Source of the DNA: Vicugna vicugna
Taxonomy: Eukaryota
Direction of reading: 5' to 3'
Assembly (NCBI GenBank): GCA_013265495.1
Contig: MU058423.1
Coordinates: 8,727,627 to 8,791,626 of the forward strand
Length of the DNA: 64,000 bases
The notes beneath the pieces are model-generated. The model had not been told where the DNA came from. It saw nothing but the letters and a program-made list of their open reading frames with translations, and searched no databases. Below, piece after piece: positions 50,054-62,343 of this stretch (positions within the stretch are counted from its first letter, which is position 1; the number at the start of each line of letters is the position of its first letter). The translations under genes and the position numbers were made by a program.

Positions 50054-50680
50054 TGAAAGGCATAAGGCTTGTGTCTAAATTAATTTTTTGCATGTGGATC
50101 TTATTATTTCAGCACCATTTGTTGAAAAGACCATCCTTTGTCCATTGAAGAGTTTTTGCTCCCTTGTCAAAGATGAACTGATTGTATTTCCAGAGGTCTC
50201 TTCCGAGACGCTCTATTCTGTTCTATTGGTCTATTTGTCTATCCCTTTACCAATGCCAATTCTGTCTTGATTACTGTGGCCTTATAGGAAGTCTTGAAGT
50301 CCTCTTTGTTCTTGAAGTCCATAGTACAGTCCTCTTTGTTCTTCTGCTTCAGTACTGGGTCGGCTCATGAAAGGCATAAGGCTTGTGTCTAAATTAATTT
50401 TTTGCATGTGGATCTTATTATTTCAGCACCATTTGTTGAAAAGACCATCCTTTGTCCATTGAAGAGTTTTTGCCCCCTTGTCAAAGATGAACTGATTATA
50501 TTTCCAGAGGTCTCTTCCGAGACGCTCTATTCTGTTCTATTGATCTATTTGTCTATCCCTTTACCAATGCCAATTCTGTCTTGATTACTGTGGCCTTATA
50601 GTAAGTCTTGAAGTCCTCTTTGTTCTTGAAGTCCATAGTACAGTCCTCTTTGTTCTTCTGCTTCAGTACTGGGTCGGCTC
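50054..50680. repeat. Direct tandem duplication, 314-bp period, two copies
   Basis: 50054-50366 versus 50368-50680 identical except for 4 substitutions. Confidence 0.97.
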
Positions 50681-51092
50681 TTCTGGGTCTTTTGCATTTC
50701 CATGTAAACTTGACAATCAGTTTGTCAGTATTCACAAAATAACTTGTGGGATTTTAATTGGGATTGTATTGAATCTATAGATCAAGTTGGGAAGAACTGA
50801 CATGCTGACAACATTGAGTTTTCATACCCATGAGCATGGAATATCTTTCCACTTACTTAGATCTTTTTATTTCTTTCATCAGAGTTTCGCAGTTTTCCTC
50901 ATATAGTTCTTGCACATATTTTGTTAGACTTATATGTCAGAATTTCTCTTTTTTTGATACTAATATAAATGGTATTCTGTTTTTAATTTCAAGTTCCAAT
51001 TGTTCATTTTTCCTACATAAGAAGGTTTTGTATATTAACCTTGTGTCCTGCAACTTTGCTTTTTTTTTTTTTTTTTTTTTTTTTTTTGGGGG

Positions 51093-51107
51093 NNNNNNNN
51101 NNNNNNN
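51093..51107. other. Assembly gap (15 N) after a ~30-nt poly-T and G run
   Basis: Directly visible. Confidence 0.99.
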
Positions 51108-51859
51108 GGGGTAGTCAATTCTACGAGATTTTCTACATAAACAATCATGTCACCTGCAAACAAAGACAGTTTTATTTCTTCTTTCCCAGTTTGTATATCT
51201 TTTATTTCCTTTTTCTTATATTATTACATGTCATGTTCATGTCATGCTTACTTCTTTCTGAATATCTTTAATAACCATGTCTTCACTGTTGATTATTAGT
51301 TACTGTCTATGAACAATTTAACTTAATTCAATCTGATTTGATTTAATGTGTTTCATTGTACTCAATATGTTTAGAAAGTTACTTTTATGCTTTAGTTACT
51401 GAGCTCCAATAACTATGGTAAACTAGCATCTCTGAGGTTGAGTGATGTGTCAGGGAAATTACAAGCTGAAATCCTCACATTCCTGCCGGATCTGATTGGT
51501 CCAAACGGTAGCTGGGGAGGCACATTTACAAGACAGATCCAATTCTGTGAGAAACACTTTACGCTTTACCTAGGTAAATAATTTCTTGTTTATTTATTCT
51601 AAATAGATATCTGATGATCATTTTAATGGATTCTGCATGTGAAAATCCCAAAACACAATGTCTCCTCTTTAAAAACAATTGAAAAATTTTGCTTTTACTC
51701 GTATGATAAAATTCAACAGAATTGTATTCATGTGAATGAAGTATTACGTGTCTACAGGCAACAAAGGTCAACATTTCCATATTAGAGGAAGTGAAAGTTC
51801 TTAAGGTCCAGCGAGATCTGATACAGGTAATTGCTTAATCTACTTTAACCTGGGACTGC

Positions 51860-51862
<3 letters not shown>

Positions 51863-51918
<56 letters not shown>
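51863..51918. repeat. (TG)28 microsatellite
   Basis: Perfect dinucleotide run. Confidence 0.98.
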
Positions 51919-51921
<3 letters not shown>

Positions 51922-52149
51922 CCATCTTATAACCTTCACTATGAGGCTCTTCCCCTACACAGGGAATCTGACTAACCACCTGCATCCTCCAAAGCTACAA
52001 GCTAATGCCTATTTTTACACACCAATAAAATGCACAAATTTTCTCTTCCTGAAGTGTCAAGGTTAATAGAGGCACTTTACTGCTCAGGCAGTGTGTATAA
52101 GACAGGACTTCTGATCAACAGCACAGTTGGAAAAAAAAAATCCATGTGA

Positions 52150-52700
52150 TTGTTAAGGAGACTAAAACTGCTCTCGAAATCAGAAAAAGGAAAGTGTTTC
52201 TTCCGCAGAGGGACAGATGCGGAGGACCTGCTACTATCTCACAGAGTCCACTTGCAAATTGCAAAACAAAAGACACAAGGAAATTACAGGCTGTCACTTT
52301 TATTTACAACTTCCCTCCAGCCAGAGCCTGTGCTTGCACTGCTCCATCTGAAACCAATCTGTGTGGGGCGGTTTCAGAGGGATGGCCGGCCAGCCGGTCC
52401 CCTGCTGCCGGATCGGGCGATCCGCCGCCACTAACAGATGCGCGACCCTGGCCGAGCAGCCCGCCGCGTCGACCTGGAGGAGCTGCCGTGCAGAAGCAGG
52501 AAAGCACCGAGGGGAGAGGAGGCAGGAGGAGGAGAAAATTATGGAAATACATGCTGAAAATCCAAAATGTAATTGAAATTCCAGTCTTAATCAAAAACAG
52601 CGACAGGCGCGGCTAAATACCCACAAAGCGCTGCTAAGAGCATGTGGAGTTCATCCAGAGTTCACGTCGCAGACTTATTTTTGTTTCCCAGCTTGGGCCT
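52150..52700. promoter_or_regulatory. CpG-rich unique element with three CAGATG E-boxes, candidate enhancer
   Basis: About 15 CpGs in 52386-52490; CAGATG at 52214 and 52435, CATCTG at 52345. Confidence 0.45.
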
Positions 52701-52829
52701 ATCAAAACTGCCGTGATGGCTTTAGATGTTTCAGTGAGAAAGCAGTCTGTCCCTGCAGACTAACCAACGTGTTCTTCCAACACACAACGAAGCCAGAGGT
52801 GAGAGAAACGACAAATCTTCCTTGTCGTC

Positions 52830-52995
52830 TTACGGAGGGTTAAGAGCACGGAGTCTGGAGTCAGCGACATGAATTTGAACTCACTAGAGTCCCGACAACC
52901 TCCCTGAGCAGCGATTTCTTTACAATTTAAGTGGATTACGTACAGGCCACCACTCCACTGCCTGGAATAGGAAACATTCAGAATCACTTTCTTTC
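52830..52995 (+). mobile_element. MIR SINE
   Basis: 'ggttaagagcacggagtctggagtcag...gaatttgaactc'. Confidence 0.65.
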
Positions 52996-53925
52996 CACTG
53001 TTACGTTGCTGATTTGGGTCACGTGTAAGTCCTCCCCATGGTCACACCTACACTGTGGCTGGACCACAGCTGCTTCCCACTGACCCACATCCCGTGAAAG
53101 ATAAGACATTGAAGGAGAAGAAAGTGGTTAATCTGGCAACCGAATGTCTTTGAGACACGTAATCCAGATGTAAAGTGAAATCACACTGTCCTCTGAAATG
53201 GATATGAAACTACAGGGAGCCCTCCCCTCGCTCGGTTGGGAAGATCACTGCTCTGCCTAAGATTTCTGCAGAAGCTCAGGGGCTTGTGTTTCGTGGTCAT
53301 ATCTGTCTCCAAGTCCGTGCTTCTGCCACACATCGAAACTCACTTGAGTCTCACCTTCCCTCCTCCTCACCCCTCCCCGGTGACACTGCCCCCACCCCAC
53401 TCCCCCGTTCACAGAGTTCCTAAACAAAACCACTCACGTAAACAATGGAGGGGATGGCGAACTTTCCTGATGGTTTGAAGATGCAGAAAAATTTTATAGT
53501 AACAAAAGCAACTGAATGTACCCTCTGAGGCATTCTGTGCTTAAAAGCATCTTACCCCTTCCTTTTCTCCGGAGGGTCCAGCCTCCCTCCCACAGTCCCG
53601 CACCGTACTTCCCTCACCTCCGTACTCTCCTGCGTGAAGAGCCCCTTCACCTGATTTGCAGCAGATTTCTCTCTCTATGCCCTGCTTGTTGCTGGGCCTT
53701 TTTGGTTCATCCAGAGACACACTGATGTGCTCTGCTAGGCAGAGAGCCATCCGCTTGCAGCCCCCAAGCATCAAGCAGAGGCTGTGAGATTTTATTCTTT
53801 CCTTCCCTGCACTGCCAATTCTGACAGTCTCTGTAAATTGAAAGAAATAATATAGAGATTTATTTTCCCACTGATGTATGTGATTCTTCCCCAAACACCT
53901 AAAGTGAAACTGACAATTTAAGAGC

Positions 53926-54646
53926 TTTTTAAATGAGAATATACTTTGAGCAGTTTTAGGTCTATAGAAAAATTGATCAGGGTGTACAGAGAGCTTTCAC
54001 ACACACCCTTACCCTCTCCCCCTCCTGCACCCACATTTTCTTGTTAGTAGCATCTCACATTAGTGTGGTAAACTTGTTACAACTGATGAACCAAAACTGA
54101 TAGTCTTATTAACTGACATCTATACTTTACATTAGGATTCTCTTTGTTTTATACATTCTGTGAGTTTTCACAAATGTACAATGACATGTGTCCATCATTA
54201 CTGCATCAGCCTGTCCTGTTTCACCGTCCTCAAAGTGTCCTGTGCTCCATCTATTCATCCCTCTCTTCCTCATCCCCAAAGCCCCTGACAAACACTGATT
54301 TTTTTTGTACTGTCTTATAGTTTTGTCTTTTTCAGAATGTTGTATTGTTGCAATCATACAATTTATGTAGACTTTTCAGATTAGCTTCTTCCACTTAGAA
54401 ATATGCTTTGAAGATTCCTCCTTCATGGCTTGATAGCTCATTTCCTTTTAGTGCTGAAAAATTTTAAATTGTCTGGATGTACCAGTTTTTTTACCTACTG
54501 AGGGACACCTTAGTTGTTTCCGAGTTTTGGCAATTATGAATGAAGCTTCTGAAATATTCTTGTGCAGGTTTTTGTACAGACATAGATTTTCAGCTCATTC
54601 AGATACGTATCAGAGCATGATTGCTGGATCATAGGGTTAGACTATG
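53926..54646 (-). mobile_element. L1MC-type 3' end
   Basis: 'gagcagttttaggtctatagaaaaattga...cattagtgtggtaaacttgttacaactgatgaacc' through 'gattgctggatcatagggttagactatg'. Confidence 0.88.
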
Positions 54647-55380
54647 AATGCAAAACGACGTGACAACTTGGGGGGGCAGCTTGGCGGTTTCCTACAAAAC
54701 CAATCATACTCTTATCATACGATCCAGCATTTGCCCTCCTCAGTATTTACTCAAAGGACAGGAAAACTTCTGTTCACACAAAGACCTGCACACAGATGTT
54801 TATAAGAAGCTTTACTGATAATTGCCAAAACTTGGAAGCAATTAAGATGTTCTTCCATAGGTAAAACAAAGACAAAAAACAAACCAAAAAAGCCATGGTT
54901 TATCCAGGCAATAGAATATTATTCAGCACTAAAAAGAAATGTGCTATAAAGCCATGAAAATACATAGAAAAAGCTTCAATGCCTATTGCTAAGTGAAAGA
55001 AGCCAGTATTAAAAGAATGCATATTGTATGATGCCAACTATATGACCTTCTGGAAAAGGCAAAACTGTGGAGACAGTAAAGAGATTAGTAAGGGGCACAG
55101 GGGTGGGGTGGGGTAATGAATAGGCAGAGCACAGAGGGTGTTTAGGTCAGTGAAAACACTCTCCATCACTGAAGTGATAAATACACATCAGTGTCTGTTT
55201 GTCCAAACTCACAAAATGTACACCAGGAGTGAACCCTAATATAAACAAGGGACTGTGGTGATTTTGTACCAATGTACAGCCCCGGAGGGGACCAGGGCAT
55301 GTTGATAATGGGGGACATGGTGCATTCGTCAGGGTGGGACATCTCTGTACCTTCCCCACAATTTTGCTGTGAATAAAATG
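54647..55380 (+). mobile_element. L1MC-type 3' end
   Basis: 'catactcttatcatacgatccagca', 'ctggaaaaggcaaaactgtggagacagtaaa', 'atctctgtaccttccccacaattttgctgtgaa'. Confidence 0.88.
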
Positions 55381-55564
55381 AATTGCCAGTTTAATCTTCT
55401 CAGACTATACTTTTCGTGAAATTGGACTAACTAACCTTCTGAGACTGAAAGGACTGTCAAGCCTCAGGCTGGGGTGCCCTGTTGAATTTCCCTTCACTAC
55501 GTCATTCCATTTAGGTCCAGTAAACGCCTTAAGATGTGGGCCCTAGAAATGTGTCTTTTGAGGT

Positions 55565-55780
55565 ATAATAGCCACCATTTATTTCGTGCTTATGATATGT
55601 CAGGCACTGGGCAAAATTATTCTCAAAAAATTACAAAAAATCCCATTAATTACTAACTTTACACATTAGAAAACTAGGCTCCGACACTCTAAGTAATTTG
55701 CGGAAGGTAACACAGCTATGAGATGGTAAAGTCAGTGACTGTTGGACTCAGAAACCAGTGCTCCTAACCATTGTCCCATC
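55565..55780 (-). mobile_element. MIR SINE
   Basis: 'taatagccaccatttatttcgtgcttatgatatgtcaggcactg', 'aaggtaacacagcta'. Confidence 0.7.
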
Positions 55781-56479
55781 CATCCTTTTTCTTTGGGCAT
55801 CAACTCACAGAAGAAAGGAAAATGATTTTCTCAAATTAGATTTTAATTTACACTTAACATGAAAGCATTCTGTGTTAATTATCTTTATTGTCAGAAATGG
55901 TGTATATATGTGCCAAGGCAGGCTGTGCTGACCTGTGCCAAAAGGAATAAATGATGGCAGCTTTGTTCAATGAAGTATTATGTTCTGGTTAGCAGTGCTC
56001 AGAGAGAACCCTGTGAGATGAGCAGCCAAATAAACGCACGTAAGACGTAAAGCTTCAGAAGAGATTATGTTTGTAATTCAACCCACTGTCCGGAGGGTAG
56101 AAAGCATACAAGACTTTAACTCCAGGTTAATTCACACTGCAAATAGAGCACATGCAATCAGAATGTCAAATTCAGGAATCGATATGAATGACAGGTAAAC
56201 GAAAGTACGTAACTGTAAATAAAGGCCCCCCGGTTTTGACTCCACCGTGTACCACTTACTTTGTGTCGCCAGATGCCTCCAATCATCTTCATCTCTAATT
56301 TTTGAGAGTAAATGTATGCTGCACTGTAAATAATTGGCTGTAATGTTTGGCTGGCTTGATCACTCTTTTGGCATTTGTTTCCCCACTTCCCAGTCATTAT
56401 TTTGCAGAGATGATCTGGGAATGGTGCACCCAGTCACGTCTGGTCTCTGAGGATTGTGCTCAACACTGACCACGGAAAC

Positions 56480-57730
56480 TCTGACAAGAGCAGGATGAGA
56501 AGAACAGCAGAGGCCAGACTGGAAAGGGTTAGGAGACGGAGAGGACTGAAAAAGTCAATTCATGGAGTATGGACTTCGCACCATTCAATACCAATGGTAA
56601 ATAGAGGTTTAGAGATTTAAATTTCAGGGGAGACGTCTGGGCAGGATCAGATGGTTTCTGAATCACTGAAGTGGATAATATCCCATCGTGTGCATGGAGC
56701 ACGGAAGAAAGCCAAGACGGGAAACCCCGGGAACACCAGGCTTTAAGGAGTGGGCAGAGAAAGAGGAGCCCACCGCGGAGACCAGGAAGGAGCAGACAGA
56801 ACATAAACAAAGTGTTTCACCGTGTGAAATGCTGCAGAGAAGCCAGTCAGAGACTCTGCATTTGGCAGCAGCGATGTCACTGATAAGGTAGACAGTGCGG
56901 TAAAACGAGGGCTAGGAAGTGGGTTGGGTGAACAAAAGAAAGTGGAGACAGCAGGAGGACACGCGTCTTCCAAGATGCGTGGCTATAAAAGCAAGAAGAA
57001 AAGTGAAGCAGCGCTGGATGGAGCTGTCTGATCAAGGAAGGGCTTCTTTGCCGTGGAATCAGCTTTAACACACTGAAGTGCTGATGTGAAGGATCCAGGC
57101 TGAAGAAACAGGAGAGGGAGACAGAGAGAGGGAGAGAGAACTTAACATATAAAATGGCTTCAGTGAAGAGATCAGTGTCCCAATGTCAACTGGCTCTCAC
57201 ACTCTCAGCGTTTATCTGGTGTCTGTTATGTACCAGGAGATGTGTCGCTGAACAAGACACAGTCCTTGTCTTCAAGGAATTTATGGTCCGGAGAGGAATA
57301 TAGACCAATAAACACACACACACACACACACACAAATTGCTGTATGCAAGATATGAGCTAGAGGTTAATCACAAGGTGCTACATGTGTAGGGAGCGTACC
57401 TACTTCAGTTTGCGGAGGTCAAAGACACTTTCGCACAGCCAGAAAATGTAGAGAAGTGGGATGGAATCGCCCGATTTCTAAACAAAGGATACAGTTTATG
57501 AAGTTCAAGAGGCTACAGAGAGCACCCTAGAGCATTCCGGAAACCAGTTTAGTTCCTCCTTTTATAAATGTTCACAGCCACTTAGCAGTTTTGCTTTTTG
57601 TCACTTATCCCAACTGTGATGAAAGAACGTGTGTGATTATTCACTTTATGTTTCTCTTCCCTACTGGACCGAAGTCCCGGAAAGGCAGGGACCACAGTCG
57701 TACTGTTTGCATAGGTATACAGTGAATGAT
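56480..57730. mobile_element. Cluster of L2 fragments (mostly antisense) containing (AC)11 at 57312-57333
   Basis: 'ggctttaaggagtgggcagagaaagaggagccc', 'gaacaagacacagtccttgtcttcaaggaattta', 'ctactggaccgaagtcccggaaaggcagggacc'. Confidence 0.65.
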
Positions 57731-58961
57731 TGGAACCAAAAATGTGATAAGAGGCCTCCCCTTATCTCTGTGGGGAGAGTCTGGAGAAGGCATCACTGGA
57801 ATGTGTTCTGGTCAGAAGCAAAGCACTTTAAAACCAACTGTTTCTGACTCTTGACTGCAGGCTCTGACACCGCCTCTTTGCAGACAAAGCCTGGGCCGGC
57901 TGCTAACAACCCATGTGATGCAAACGCATCAAGGTAGGGTCTATTTTTAGCTACAGCAAATTACCTTTCTTTTATGCTTTTAGATTTTCATCTCCTCAAA
58001 TGAGTTCTCTTGTTCTTACATTTTTCAGCGTGACTACTGATTTCTTTCATGAAGAAAGAAGATAGTCTTTAAGACAAGGAGCATTTCTCCTTTAATCTCC
58101 ACCCTAGCTTGGAGGTTCAAAGAGCCCTTTTTTGGGCTGCTTGTTGCTATTCCTGAGACGAGGGGTGGCCTCTCATCCTGTTTGTAATGACACTGCAGAC
58201 TCAAACTTGGGTGGAGGAAATGTAATCCAAAGAGAACCAGATGAAGATTTGACTGTGAGTCTAGTCAGGGACACAGTGTTCCACACAATTCTATCCAATT
58301 GCTTCATAAGAAACTGACACTGTATAATTAAAGATTTTTTTAAACTACATTTGTAAATAAGTTCAGGTCACATAAAAATGAACTACAAGCTCTCAAGCAA
58401 ACAAATGCAGTGTGTATAATGGCTTGAAGATGGTGGTGTGCTTCAAGGTCAGGTAGCATCTGGGTTGACAAATGTTGTAGAAATGTGGTCAAAGTCATCA
58501 GCTGAGATGTGGCGCCAGCACAGAGGCGGTGCCTCACAGACAGAATCCTGTTTCATGCTGGTGGGGAGTGGAAGACAGCAAGGGGGCCTTGTATAGCAGA
58601 AGTAGGGGGGGAGTGGGGTTTTTTAAATATATCTGAGGTACCATTTTATATTTCAAAAAAATTGTTTTGTAATACCAACACTAAAAATTAAAACTTGATC
58701 TACATTTCTTGATTAATAAGGATATAGAGGAAAAGTTTCAGAATCACCAGGGAGGCCTAAGATTTTTATGTTTAGTCAAGGATGACATAGGCCTAAAAAA
58801 CCCAGTCATAAAATCGGCCCAAAAGTAGGATAAGTATAAGAAATATTTGGTTTGGTTTGGTTTTATACCATCTTACCTTCTTACTTTACCTTATCTCTTT
58901 TCCCCATTTTGACTTCTTCATTTGGTGTCAAAGACACTGTGCACACTCCTGCTTCGATATC

Positions 58962-59360
58962 TGTGGTAGGAAGAATAATGCTCCCCCAAAAGATGTCATG
59001 TCCTAACCCCCAGAACCTGTGATTGTGTTACTTTATGTGACAAAAACGACTTTGTATTCAGGTTGAAGTTAAGGACCTTGAGATGGGGAGATTATCCTAG
59101 ATTATCTGGGCAGACCCAATCTAATCTCAAGTCCATAAAGAGTGCACGGAAGTCTAAAAGATAGGTCGGAAGACGTGAGAAGGATTCAGTCCACCACTGC
59201 TGGCTCTGAGGATGTAAGAGGGAGCCCATGAGCCAGGGAAAGCGGCCCCTCTAGGAGCTGGGAATCACCTGCTGTTCACAACTAGCAAGAAAACGTGGAC
59301 CTCAGTCCTACACCCGCAAGGAGCAGAATTCTACAGACAACCCAAATGAGCAGGAAATGA
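58962..59360 (+). mobile_element. MaLR LTR (MLT1D/E-like), 3'-truncated
   Basis: 'tgtggtaggaagaataatgctcccccaaaagatgtc...cagaacctgtga', 'aaggaccttgagatggggagattatcctagattatctgg'. Confidence 0.85.
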
Positions 59361-60209
59361 CAAAGATTAAAGAAAGTCATATTCACGCCCAGTAAAACAA
59401 GAAGTCACTGGCATCGTTTCCAGATCCCCAAACCACGATATGTCAGTGCTGATAAATTGAGCAGTTTCAAAATTTTTGTTCAAATAAATTGGAAAGCACA
59501 CAGTCTGAAGATTTTAGGTTTATTGGTCTGTTATTGGTCTCCAACAAATCCAAAAAAGCTATTTACTGAGCTTTTGTATTGGTAACATTTCATATTTCAA
59601 TCTGTCTCTCGCTGTGCCAAAACATTGGGAGGAACCAGACTGTCACTGTGCTGTGCCAATTCTGAACATACAAGTAAACTTTGGTTAAAATCTGCTTTGG
59701 ATTTTGTCATATGAGAAAAAAACCAGGAATTTTCAACCAATGCAGCCTTTTAGCCAGGAGCCAATGATAGCTTATTTCTCATTCAAATAGTCTTCTCTGA
59801 AATTTGTTCAGTTCCCAGCAAAGTCTTCCAAAGTATGGTGTTTATCAAAGTTATTAAGTGAATTAGGTAATACATAAGACCCTAATATTTAGCCTGAGAA
59901 ATTTTAAGCACGATGCACTTCTTTCAACCCATATTCCATAAAAAAAAAAAAAAGTATTTGGGAATGAGGTGGGAACAAAAAGAAAACCAACAGAAAGCAG
60001 CAGAAATGAGGCAAAGTCTCCAAGAATGCAGAATATTTATGTCCCTGTGCCCAAGGAGAGACATCCCTGATCGCCTCGGCTCACTTTTCTATTGGCTGAT
60101 GTGGGCACGGTTTTTGCCAAACACAGTCCTTCTGACTAATTATTGGAAATGCTGTGAGCCCAGGACAAGAAAGATCTTGTCACTTCCAAGCAGCAAAAGA
60201 AATATTATA

Positions 60210-60880
60210 TAATCCTAGAAATTGGATTTCAAAGGCATCTCAGAGTTGATCTGACAAAACTTCCCACATAATAGACATTCTTTCCAGAACTAGTCCTCCA
60301 CACCCTACTTGAATTCCTCAAGTGTTAGGAGAGTCACAGTTTCCTGAGACAGCCCATTCTATTTTAAGCGCCTATTGAGACAAGTTCTTTCTCATATTAA
60401 GCTGAAATCTATCTCCCACCCACTGAGCCAAATTTTGCTTCCAGAACCACACCCCTCACCCATTTTCTGCCTCCTCTGCAGTTGGGTGCTGTGTTTACAA
60501 GCTTGGGCTTTCGAGTTAGCTGGACTTGAGTTCAACTGTCAGCTCTTTCCCTTTCCCGCTGGGTAAACTCGTAACTCTCAAAGAATCAGCATTTGCAACT
60601 GCAAAAGCAGAGTCATCATACCTGCTTTATAGGATTGTGAAAGTCAGAGAAAATGACATATATAAAAAGTGCCTAGCAATGTCTGACATGCAGCATGTTG
60701 TCAATAAATGGAAGCTGGCATTATTATTTTGCTTGACAGCTTTTCAGATATTTGAAAGCATCTTATTTGTCCATATCATCTTCTCTTCTCCAAGCCAAGC
60801 ATCTCCTTCCTCAGTGGTACTCCAGAATATGGCAAAAAATTATTCTTTCCCAGATCTGAATACTGTACATGTTTGCATCA
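60210..60880. mobile_element. CR1/L3-like remnant interrupted by a MIR (~60490-60730)
   Basis: 'cttgaattcctcaagtgttaggagagtcacagtttcctgagacagcccattc...aagttctttctcatattaagctgaaatc' resuming as 'cttttcagatatttgaa...tcttctcttctccaagc'. Confidence 0.55.
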
Positions 60881-61959
60881 TACGTTTGCATCTGGGGTCT
60901 AGTTTATGTGCTGCCTGGCTAACGCTCCCTGGTAGTTTACCTAGTCCCAGAAATTGGGAGGCACTTCCTCTAACACGTAAAACTGAAGAGAAGAGCAGGT
61001 CCGTGGCTCCTCCGAGCCACTCTACCCAAAGCTCTCCTGTCCCTCCTAACTATACCCTGGTTCACTGGTCTTCATCACAGGTCTGTACTTTTAGAGGAGA
61101 ATGCCCTTTTCTCATTCAGCTGGTTTCCAGAGAAGGCAATTGTGTTTGTATTGCCCCATTTTTCAGTCTGCTTCTTAGAGGGGAAGAGAGTTACCTGGTG
61201 AGCAGGCAGCAGATGCTAGCCAAATTGCTCATGAGAGCAGAGCTGATCTCACAAGATCTTATTAAACCCAAGAGATGTGGTGTGTTTCTCCTTCCTCTCC
61301 ATCTGGACCCTGAGAGCTAGCTGGCCTGCTTCTTCCCAGGACTAGACTGGGAGGGGGGGCGTTAGCCAGCCCACTTCAGCCCTCGCGTTAAGTTACATCC
61401 TCTAACCTAGACTTTATCTGTTTAGAGGTGATATTGTGGTTCACCATTTGCACACTTTATATTCTTATTTATCACATGGTCCAAGACTCAGCGAGTGAAG
61501 AGGGGTGCTATTTCCTGGCCACCTCCAGACCCCAGTATGTTCTGGAAACAGCCTTGCTGCCCGGGTGCTGATGTTTGAGGAAGCCCGAGGAAGGCTCTCA
61601 CCTCTGCTGGCTCCGCCCCCAGCAGGAGGTCTCTTTCCACAGTCAGCCAGAGACAACTATGCCAGGGACAGAGACAGAAGGAGACCGGGCAGGTTGCGGA
61701 CTTTCACACACTCCCTCTGTTCACTGTAAACGGGCTCAGAGACTATCCTATCTCAGGGACAACAGACTTAACAATAAATGACTTCTGGACACTGGAAACT
61801 CCACTGCAAGGACCTACTCATTTTAACTTGCAGTCCAGCAGGTTCTGAAAAGTTCTGAAAAAGAGGTAAAATGTACCGGGTAGGTAGAGATCAGTACAAA
61901 TGGCAAACCATAAATCATGCACATTGACAAGCACTGGCTAGAGTTCTCACAATATATTT

Positions 61960-62343
61960 TTTTAATGCCAGATGTTCCTTTAGGGGTAGCTGTGTAACCT
62001 ACTTCTGACCTATGAGATGGGAGAAGTCTTTGCGGGAGCTTCTCAGACTTTCCTCTCTTACGAAAAAGAGAGACAAGACAGGGTTCTTCTCTTGTGGGTG
62101 CCGTCTTGTGGTCATAGCATCTGGGAACCATCACACAAGAACACTGAGGATGTTGGAGCAGAAGGATGCAAAGAACCTGGGCACTTGATGACATCAAGAT
62201 GCTGCTGAACAAATTCTGGAAGCATTTACCTGCTGTTTTCCTGCAGACTTCTCGACTGTGTGATGGTGAAATGTCATCACTGTTTAAGCCATTGTTAGCT
62301 AGGTAGTCTATTACCGGTAGGTGAACACATCCTAATTGTTACA
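61960..62343 (+). mobile_element. MaLR LTR (MLT1J-like)
   Basis: 'ctgaggatgttggagcagaaggatgcaaagaacctgggcacttgatgacatc', 'tgtttaagccattgttagc...catcctaattgttaca'. Confidence 0.8.

Larger units (their letters stand above)
48826..51225 (-). mobile_element. L1MC-type LINE (3'UTR plus ORF2 remnant), ~2.4 kb
   Basis: 3' end 'ttagagaagttttaggtttggagaaaaattga...cattagtgtagtaaatttgttataattg'; ORF-track peptide 'DKLIVKFTWKCKRPRRA...DFKTYYKATVIKT' resembles L1 ORF2p. Confidence 0.9.

Noticed and set aside
52146..52616. 156-aa ORF over the GC-rich patch
   Set aside because: Several overlapping frames on both strands are open because GC-rich DNA lacks stops; no recognisable protein.
60526..61320. Longest ORF in the track (264 aa)
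   Set aside because: It has a non-ATG start, runs through MIR and CR1/L3 remnants, and shows no recognisable domain; a chance open frame.
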